From the IMG/VR virus record IMGVR_UViG_3300048924_000196: DNA of 35,571 bases, one strand, 5' to 3'. The notes under the pieces are model-generated. The model was not told the origin of the DNA and did no database searches. It worked only from the letters and a program-made list of their open reading frames with translations. The DNA is from a virus. The position numbers were made by a program, and so were the translations under genes. Below, in pieces: positions 25,358-30,731 of this stretch. Every line of letters begins with the position of its first letter. Within the stretch, counting starts at the first letter, position 1.

Positions 25358-25542
25358 AGCGCCTGTGCAACCGCACGGACGGCCTTTTGGCCGTCGCTGC
25401 GCTACTCATTCTCGCGGCTTCCATCCTCAACAGCCACAGCAACAGGGGCAATCATGTATGTGATCGACCGGGCAACGCCGCCCCAAGTATTCAGCGCGAC
25501 GGTGCCCGCCAATTCCACGGTGATCGGCGTTATCAAACCTAA
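25354..25542 (+). CDS. Possible small membrane protein (62 aa, GTG start coupled GTGA to the RHH gene)
   Basis: TM helix LLAVAALLILAASIL. Third-position GC is high only in the first 33 codons or so. The 3' part overlaps the next gene out of frame. Confidence 0.3.
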   Translation: MKRLCNRTDGLLAVAALLILAASILNSHSNRGNHVCDRPGNAAPSIQRDGARQFHGDRRYQT

Positions 25543-25729
25543 GATCGGCGGGGCGGCGTTCGGCGGCGTTTTAGTGCATTTCGAGCGCGCCGACATGTAC
25601 GCGATGGTTGTTAATGGCCGGATGAAGCCCATCGAGCAGCACGCAGCCCGCAAGGCGCATCAGGCCGAACAAGCCTTCGCCCAAGCGTTCGCAGACACAT
25701 TCTTTGACATGGACGAGGCAACGGCATGA
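25454..25729 (+). CDS. 91-aa protein, function unknown
   Basis: ATG preceded by AGGGG. ATGA overlap with the P-loop gene. Confidence 0.55.
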   Translation: MYVIDRATPPQVFSATVPANSTVIGVIKPKIGGAAFGGVLVHFERADMYAMVVNGRMKPIEQHAARKAHQAEQAFAQAFADTFFDMDEATA

Positions 25730-26628
25730 AAGTAATCGAAACGCCCATCACAACAGCCGTCATCATTTACGGTCCGAAGGGCAGCGGCAAGACGACACAC
25801 GCGGCAGCGCTCGCCGCGCACTACGGAAAATCGCGCATCGTTGACGACTTCAAGCCGTCTAGCGCGGGATACCGGCGCGTCATCGACATGCCGTCCGACA
25901 CGCTGTTTATACTCAGTGGCGAGGGACCGGAGCGCACCGACCCCGGCAAAGACGCGTTCGTGCACATCTACCACGCGTGCAAGGCAGCGGGCATCGACCC
26001 GCATCCGATGTTTTACGGCTTGGGCATGACGCCGGTATATATCGCGTTCGAACCGGGCACCGAAGCGAAACGAGAGTTTCAAATTGCCTTTGAGAGGTCG
26101 CGCAGCATGCGCCAGTTGCCCAAGCTTTTCGCGTACGAACCCGGCACCGAACCGCAGCGCACCCGAACATCCGAATGGTTCGCACAGGAATACATGCTGC
26201 GCCCGAAGACCCCGCCCGTGTCGCACGAGTTCAACCCGCGCATCATGCCGGACCGCATGAGCGGCTTGCATTACGACTACCCGGACCGCAGCGGCATGGA
26301 CGCGGAAGCACTCAAGGCATTCGACCGGGCTCGATATGAGTGCGCCGCCGCACTCGCCGCGATGGTTTCGGCAATCGTCGCGCTGGATTTCATCGAGCGC
26401 CCGCGCGCAATTCAAGAGGCGTTCGAAATGCGTGAGGCGCACAAGGGCTGCGCGTATTACCTGCCTGAGTCGTTCGCGCTTCAGTTCGAACGGCAGCGCC
26501 GGTATTACCGCGACTTGCGCAACGGCAGCGGGTACGGGCGGCATGCGTACCTGAATGGACTGTGGCACGGCTGGCGCATGGCAATCGAAGCCGCGTGTCT
26601 CGCTCACGACACCAAAACCGTTTCTTAA
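25726..26628 (+). CDS. 300-aa protein with an N-terminal P-loop (Walker A GPKGSGKT) and an uncharacterised C-terminal domain
   Basis: VIIYGPKGSGKTTHAAALAAHYG at residues 12-34. Possible Walker B TLFILSGE. No named family recognised for the remainder. Confidence 0.65.
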   Translation: MKVIETPITTAVIIYGPKGSGKTTHAAALAAHYGKSRIVDDFKPSSAGYRRVIDMPSDTLFILSGEGPERTDPGKDAFVHIYHACKAAGIDPHPMFYGLGMTPVYIAFEPGTEAKREFQIAFERSRSMRQLPKLFAYEPGTEPQRTRTSEWFAQEYMLRPKTPPVSHEFNPRIMPDRMSGLHYDYPDRSGMDAEALKAFDRARYECAAALAAMVSAIVALDFIERPRAIQEAFEMREAHKGCAYYLPESFALQFERQRRYYRDLRNGSGYGRHAYLNGLWHGWRMAIEAACLAHDTKTVS

Positions 26629-26659
26629 CAACGTTCCACGGCACACAACAGGGGTGAAC

Positions 26660-27022
26660 ATGAAAGCAACAAAACGCGTCATCGTCATCACGGCAGTATC
26701 CACGGCTGTCGCGCTGGCCACTGTCGCACTGGCTAACAAGGCGCGCGCCGCGAGCGTGGATGACTACCACGCGTGCCAGTCACAAGCTCGTGTCGGCGCG
26801 GTGGCCGCTGACGCCAATCGCCGTCACATGAGCCGTGACCGCGCCCGCGCCGCCGTCCTGCTGGCCATTCGCGAGTCCGACGAAGACCGCGACACGCAAG
26901 CCGGTATGCGTGCATTAACGAGCAGGGTTATTCAAACGGTGTACGCCCAAGGCATCCGCGACACCGCCGCAGGCAAGCGCCTCGCCCTCAACGCGTGCCT
27001 CGACATGGCCGATGGAATGTGA
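26660..27022 (+). CDS. Secreted/periplasmic small protein (120 aa)
   Basis: Signal peptide MKATKRVIVITAVSTAVALATVALANKARA-AS with an AxA cleavage site. Last gene before a terminator. Confidence 0.6.
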   Translation: MKATKRVIVITAVSTAVALATVALANKARAASVDDYHACQSQARVGAVAADANRRHMSRDRARAAVLLAIRESDEDRDTQAGMRALTSRVIQTVYAQGIRDTAAGKRLALNACLDMADGM

Positions 27023-27103
27023 TGAATCGAGCGGCTTGCTCGCGCGACAAAGAACAGGACTAGCGGCAAAAGGATGGGGCCTAACAACGCTGCGCCTTAG
27101 CAC

Positions 27104-27138
27104 ACGCCGGGTTTCCGAAGGGTTTCCCGGCGTTTTTC
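27104..27138 (+). terminator. Rho-independent terminator ending the plus-strand cargo operon
   Basis: acgccggg-N14-cccggcgttttt. Confidence 0.7.
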
Positions 27139-27185
27139 ATTGGACGCACCGACCGCCGCAACGGCCCCGGACAGCTGACATTTAC

Positions 27186-27228
27186 GTACGTACACAAATA
27201 TGTTGCGGACCCGCATTTGTGTACGTAC
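27186..27228. promoter_or_regulatory. Perfect 14-bp inverted repeat GTACGTACACAAAT-N15-ATTTGTGTACGTAC directly upstream of brnT. Probable BrnA operator.
   Basis: Read directly. The right arm ends 10 nt before the brnT ATG. A TACAAT hexamer lies at 27227-27232. Confidence 0.6.
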
Positions 27229-27237
27229 AATAATCAC

Positions 27238-27507
27238 ATGGAAATCGAATTCGATCCCGCCAAAGACGCGGAAAACCAAATAAAGCACGGCATCCCGCTG
27301 TCGCTCGCTGCATCCTTCGAATGGGACGCAGCACAGGTGCAAGTAGACGATCGTTTCGACTACCGGGAAACGCGCATGGTTGCTATCGGCCCGATTGGTG
27401 ATCGCATTCATGTGCTCGTGTACACGATGCGCGGAGAAACCTTGCGTCCAATCAGCCTGCGCAAAGCAAACCGTAGAGAGGTTCTTAAATATGTCGACCA
27501 AGCGTAA
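27238..27507 (+). CDS. brnT: BrnT-family (DUF497) ribonuclease toxin
   Basis: MEIEFDPAKDAENQIKHGIPL....FEWD...VQVDDRFDYRETRMVAIGPIG..IHVLVYTMRGETLRPISLRKANRREV matches the BrnT pattern. Confidence 0.85.
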   Translation: MEIEFDPAKDAENQIKHGIPLSLAASFEWDAAQVQVDDRFDYRETRMVAIGPIGDRIHVLVYTMRGETLRPISLRKANRREVLKYVDQA

Positions 27508-27841
27508 GTTTCATATTCCATCGGACGCCGAAGATTCGGCCATCACGCGCGCGGCAGAGAGCGACCCGGACAACCCGCCCATCACTGACGCCGAATTCAA
27601 GCGAATGAAGCCCGCGCGCGAAGCGCTTCCGGCTCTCGTTGGCGACAAGGTTGCAGGGGAGTTATTGAAGCGGCGAGGACGCCGCCCGTTGCCAGCCGAT
27701 GAACGCAAAGTTCCAACAACGCTGCGTCTAGACCCGGATGTGCTGGACGCGTTCAAGGCAACCGGCGATGGGTGGCAAACACGCGCTAACGACGCGTTGC
27801 GCGCGTGGGCAAAATCACATCGCATGCTTCCGTCCAGATAG
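27491..27841 (+). CDS. brnA: BrnA-family (DUF4415) antitoxin
   Basis: RGRRPLPADERKVPTTLRLDPDVLDAFKATGDGWQTRANDALRAW is the BrnA C-terminal signature. Overlaps brnT by 17 nt. Confidence 0.85.
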   Translation: MSTKRKFHIPSDAEDSAITRAAESDPDNPPITDAEFKRMKPAREALPALVGDKVAGELLKRRGRRPLPADERKVPTTLRLDPDVLDAFKATGDGWQTRANDALRAWAKSHRMLPSR

Positions 27842-27871
27842 TCACAACGCGGGGCACGTTAAGCTGTGATG

Positions 27872-27902
27872 AAAGGGGCGGGCCTACAGGGCTTGCCCCT
27901 TT
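27872..27902. terminator. Hairpin between convergent brnA and the recombinase gene (aaaggggc-N15-gccccttt)
   Basis: 8-bp stem read directly. It overlaps the last recombinase codons. Confidence 0.45.
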
Positions 27903-28585
27903 GTATTTTGCATGCCGCACAGTGCGTCTACCCGCTTAACAAGGGCGCTGATTCCCGCAAGCGACCATCGATTGCCGCGCGATGTAGTGATTCCAAGGTT
28001 ATTCAAATGCGCGACCATATGGCGTTGTGTAAGTCCAGCGGCGCGCATTGCATTGACTTCATGCGCCATCGACATAGCGAAGGCGTCGGCACCCTCTACA
28101 AGCCGCGCGTTTGCCGCCGCTATGTTCGCCGCGCCGGTCGTGCCGAGCTTCACGCCTCGCGCTTTCGCCGCTCTCAGTGCATCTTTCGTGCGCTCGCTTA
28201 TCCGCTTCGCTTCGAACTGTCCGAATGCGGCCATTAGATGAATCGTGAACTCGTTTGCTTCGGGCAAGTCGAGCGCCCGAAATTTCACGCCACTTTCCAT
28301 CAATGTGGCGATGAACAGGACGTTACGCGCCAATCTGTCGAGCTTGGCGACGACTAGCGTAGCTTTTTCGGCTTTGGCGTGTGCCAGTGCAGCGGCAAGC
28401 TGCGGACGCTTGTTAAGAGCGTTTGCGCCTTTGCCCGTTTCGACTTCGATGTATTCACCGACCATCGATGCGCCCGTTGCCGACAGGTGATTGCGGATCG
28501 CGTCTTGCTGCGCCTCGAGTCCGAGCCCTGACATTCCTTGGCGTTGTGTGGATACGCGGATATACGCAACGATGCGGCCTGACAT
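27884..28585 (-). CDS. Small serine recombinase (resolvase/invertase family)
   Basis: IVAYIRVSTQRQ catalytic-serine motif, LVVAKLDRLARN, FGQFEAKRISERTKDAL, and a C-terminal HTH. Confidence 0.9.
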   Translation of the reverse strand: MSGRIVAYIRVSTQRQGMSGLGLEAQQDAIRNHLSATGASMVGEYIEVETGKGANALNKRPQLAAALAHAKAEKATLVVAKLDRLARNVLFIATLMESGVKFRALDLPEANEFTIHLMAAFGQFEAKRISERTKDALRAAKARGVKLGTTGAANIAAANARLVEGADAFAMSMAHEVNAMRAAGLTQRHMVAHLNNLGITTSRGNRWSLAGISALVKRVDALCGMQNTKGQAL

Positions 28586-28685
28586 GCTTCACTCCTGGGC
28601 TAACGGAACAAGCTGAACGAACGTCCAGCACACGAACAGCGCCGCGAACAATACCCTGGAGTCCGAACAATCGTCAACTTGTTAA

Positions 28686-28748
28686 TGACAGTCAATCACT
28701 TCCGAATGCGTTTTTGACAAATCGACCGATTTTGTACTGACAGATTGA
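28686..28748. promoter_or_regulatory. Three TGACA-containing repeats (TGACAGTCAAT 28686, TTGACAAATCG 28714, TGACAGATTGA 28738) upstream of the recombinase gene. Candidate res/crossover or operator sites.
   Basis: Read directly. The outer pair share TGACAG followed by mutually complementary pentamers (TCAAT/ATTGA). Confidence 0.3.
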
Positions 28749-28800
28749 GCGGCGAAAAAATGAGCCCTACGCCACCGTTTGTAAGGTTTGGCGATACCTG

Positions 28801-29007
28801 TTAGTGCGTGCCGAACGTGCGCCTTAGATTGGCCCGGAAATTCTTGATAGCTCGCCAGTCTGACGCACTGATAGGCGCTGGCATCCATGCGCCTGAGCCA
28901 TCGACAACGCGCATATGCTTTCCGCCGCGCTCGACAGAAAGCCGCTTTCCAGTGCGCCCCATGTATTCATCGAGCGCGGCGCGGAATTCCCGTTTTAGCG
29001 ATTTCAC
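28801..29007 (-). CDS. 68-aa basic protein translationally coupled (GTGA) to the CI-like repressor. Weak HicA-like resemblance.
   Basis: The GTG at 29007-29005 overlaps the CI stop TGA at 29006-29004. KSLKREFRAAL...GGKHMRVV..G...MPAPIS...IKNFRANLRR loosely parallels HicA (K..EF...L...G..H......G....P.H...I......I.KQL). Confidence 0.5.
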   Translation of the reverse strand: MKSLKREFRAALDEYMGRTGKRLSVERGGKHMRVVDGSGAWMPAPISASDWRAIKNFRANLRRTFGTH

Positions 29008-29642
29008 ACGACACCCCGCAAGACGGCAAACGGACGGCCCATGCATACGACGAGGCTGGACGGCACCACGGCAGATTCATATAGCTGGTTATCGACTGCA
29101 AGGCGTATATCACCGTTGTGCAGCGTCATGACACGACGCAGCGACAGCCGGTCGTGAATCGACAGGATGTATAACCCATCGGCCTCAATGTCGCGGAATC
29201 GCGTGTCTATCAGCACGAGTTCGCCAACGCCTACAGTGGGATGCATGGCGTTGTCTTCGCATACCCACGCCGTAGCGCAATCCGGGTCCGCGCCGAACCG
29301 ACGAATAAATTCTGTGTTGAGCATCGCGAACGCCGGATGCGCGCGAAGCATGTCCGGCTGTACGCCAGGCGGAAGCAGCGGCACCGCCGAAAGACCCTCG
29401 CCCGAATCCATGCGCCCGGTCAAAAGCCAATCGACCGACACGGGACGCATTAACGAGACGCGTACGGCCTCGACGTAAGGCACTGAGCCGCGCTTGCGCC
29501 ACTGCGAAAGCGTCGCGCCTGAAAGGCCCAAATTCGCCGCCAATAGTACGTCCGTTTCGCACTGCATCGCCTCTTTCATGCGGTCAATAACTTCACCGGC
29601 GTCCACCGCGCACGAAACCGCATCGTGTTGTTTTCTTTTCAT
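29004..29642 (-). CDS. cI: CI-type prophage repressor (XRE HTH plus S24 LexA-like peptidase domain)
   Basis: HTH LAANLGLSGATLSQWRKRGSVPY. S24 core CEDNAMHPTVGVGELVLIDT...DGLYILSI. ATG at 29642 preceded by GGGAG. Confidence 0.85.
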   Translation of the reverse strand: MKRKQHDAVSCAVDAGEVIDRMKEAMQCETDVLLAANLGLSGATLSQWRKRGSVPYVEAVRVSLMRPVSVDWLLTGRMDSGEGLSAVPLLPPGVQPDMLRAHPAFAMLNTEFIRRFGADPDCATAWVCEDNAMHPTVGVGELVLIDTRFRDIEADGLYILSIHDRLSLRRVMTLHNGDIRLAVDNQLYESAVVPSSLVVCMGRPFAVLRGVV

Positions 29643-29681
29643 TTTTCTATCACTCCCTTTCAAAAAAGATGGACGGTCATT

Positions 29682-29732
29682 CTGTCAACGCGTAGTATTC
29701 AATCTGTACCAATTTGCTACAGTTCGTTACAG
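29682..29732. promoter_or_regulatory. Immunity-switch intergenic region with CTGT(A/C)/TACAG repeats (CTGTACCAATTTGCTACAG 29704-29722, TTACAG 29727-29732). Candidate CI/Cro operators.
   Basis: Read directly, between divergent cI (start 29642) and the RHH gene (start 29746). Confidence 0.35.
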
Positions 29733-29745
29733 CACACAGAAGATC

Positions 29746-29925
29746 ATGACACGAAAAAGCATAACGGCCGGACGAATCCCGCTACCACTCACCGCGACGG
29801 AGCTTTCCGACCTGAGAGCGTTGGCAGAGAAAGAGGGGCGGAGTGAGGCACAGATGGTGAAACAGATTTATCTGGACGGCCTTCGAAGTCGCGCACGAGC
29901 GGCACAACGCGGCAGACAGAAGTAA
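29746..29925 (+). CDS. 59-aa ribbon-helix-helix protein at the Cro/Cox position
   Basis: Divergent from cI. IPLPLTATELSDLRALAEKEGRSEAQMVKQIYLDGL fits an RHH fold. Confidence 0.6.
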   Translation: MTRKSITAGRIPLPLTATELSDLRALAEKEGRSEAQMVKQIYLDGLRSRARAAQRGRQK

Positions 29926-29997
29926 AGAGCGCGCAGCGCCTTAACAAGACGTAACAAATTCCGATGATGGACGGGGGTTCACTCGGAGAAATACACG

Positions 29998-30267
29998 ATG
30001 GCACGCGAACAAATCGGCTTCCGTTTCGGTATTCACTGCCCGCACTGCGATTCAAAGACCACGGCGCGGACCTCGAAAGGACTGAGCAGGACACTTCGCG
30101 AGATTGTTTTTCAGTGCAACGACTTCCGCTGCGGACATACGTTCGTGGCAAACCTCGAAGCGGTGCGGACGCTTAGCCCGTCAGCGATGCCTAACGAGGA
30201 TGTGAAGCTCCCGATTTCTGAGCACGTCCGGGAAAGGGTGATGACTCAACTTCAATTACTAGGGTGA
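29998..30267 (+). CDS. ogr: Ogr/Delta-family zinc-finger late-gene activator
   Basis: IHCPHCDSKTTARTS......IVFQCNDFRCGHTF is the Ogr/Delta C-x2-C...C-x4-C pattern. Confidence 0.85.
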   Translation: MAREQIGFRFGIHCPHCDSKTTARTSKGLSRTLREIVFQCNDFRCGHTFVANLEAVRTLSPSAMPNEDVKLPISEHVRERVMTQLQLLG

Positions 30268-30272
30268 ATGAA

Positions 30273-30659
30273 ATGAACAAAATCAAAGTGCCGATGCACG
30301 AAGCCGCTAATAACTTCATCGTGATTCACGCGGCGCGCCTGAGCCGTACGGACCTTATCTTGCAAGCCGTTGACATGATCGTTGACACGCACGAGGTTTC
30401 CCGGCGCACGGCTGAAATCGTTGTGTTGCAGGCTTTCAGCGAGTACGAGGCGGGCAAGTGCGGCGCGTACATCGACGGGTCTTTAACGACCGCGTACGGC
30501 CTGTTTATTCGCGACGTGACCACGGGCACCATGCGGGTATTCAACGTCAACGAACTGGTAGAGCTTGCCCGCAACGGCACCATCAAGTCCATGCCGGTAC
30601 CGTCGCGAACCGAGTTCCTTGCTACCGGATGCATGAGAGCCGAACCTGTAGCCGCTTAA
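30273..30659 (+). CDS. 128-aa protein, function unknown
   Basis: ATG at 30273 after AGGGTG. Stop TAA lies inside a CTTAACAAG copy. Followed by a terminator. Confidence 0.55.
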   Translation: MNKIKVPMHEAANNFIVIHAARLSRTDLILQAVDMIVDTHEVSRRTAEIVVLQAFSEYEAGKCGAYIDGSLTTAYGLFIRDVTTGTMRVFNVNELVELARNGTIKSMPVPSRTEFLATGCMRAEPVAA

Positions 30660-30674
30660 CAAGTATCACACCAA

Positions 30675-30700
30675 CGCCCCGATAGACCACGGGGCTTTTG
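30675..30700 (+). terminator. Rho-independent terminator (gcccc-gatagaccac-ggggctttt) upstream of the primase gene
   Basis: Short 5-bp GC stem plus T-run, read directly. Confidence 0.5.
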
Positions 30701-30731
30701 CACTTCCGGACAAGGCTTTCAGATATACCAA

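Larger units (their letters stand above)
2692..30663. repeat. Dispersed over-represented 9-mer CTTAACAAG / CTTGTTAAG: 19 exact copies, plus about 13 near copies sharing the TTAACAA core
   Basis: CTTAACAAG at 2692, 4618, 5254, 6237, 6797, 8405, 10737, 14415, 17696, 18927, 27935, 29940, 30655. CTTGTTAAG at 7857, 10411, 12520, 24064, 24084, 28409. 8/9 copies at 2718, 5776, 9328, 11126, 11332, 15973, 25092, 26624, 28678. Confidence 0.85.

Noticed and set aside
27884-29046. Serine recombinase plus neighbouring small ORF as an integration/excision (int-xis) module of an integrated prophage
   Set aside because: The window holds no host flanking DNA or att duplication. The replicon closes on itself and carries complete plasmid replication and partition functions. 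The recombinase is of the small resolvase/invertase size class rather than a large serine integrase.
2692-30663. The dispersed motif as NusB/NusE boxA-type antitermination sites (rrn boxA is GCTCTTTAACAA as I recall)
   Set aside because: Only the TTAACAA tail is shared, and the GCTCTTT part that matters for boxA is missing. Several copies are antisense to local transcription (4618 and 5254 in the P gene; 7857, 10411, 12520). An RNA-level boxA role cannot explain the set.
2692-30663. The dispersed motif as a set of -35 promoter hexamers (TTAACA versus TTGACA)
   Set aside because: I found no plausible -10 element 16-18 bp downstream at the copies I checked (5776, 6797). Many copies are deep inside genes or overlap start or stop codons.
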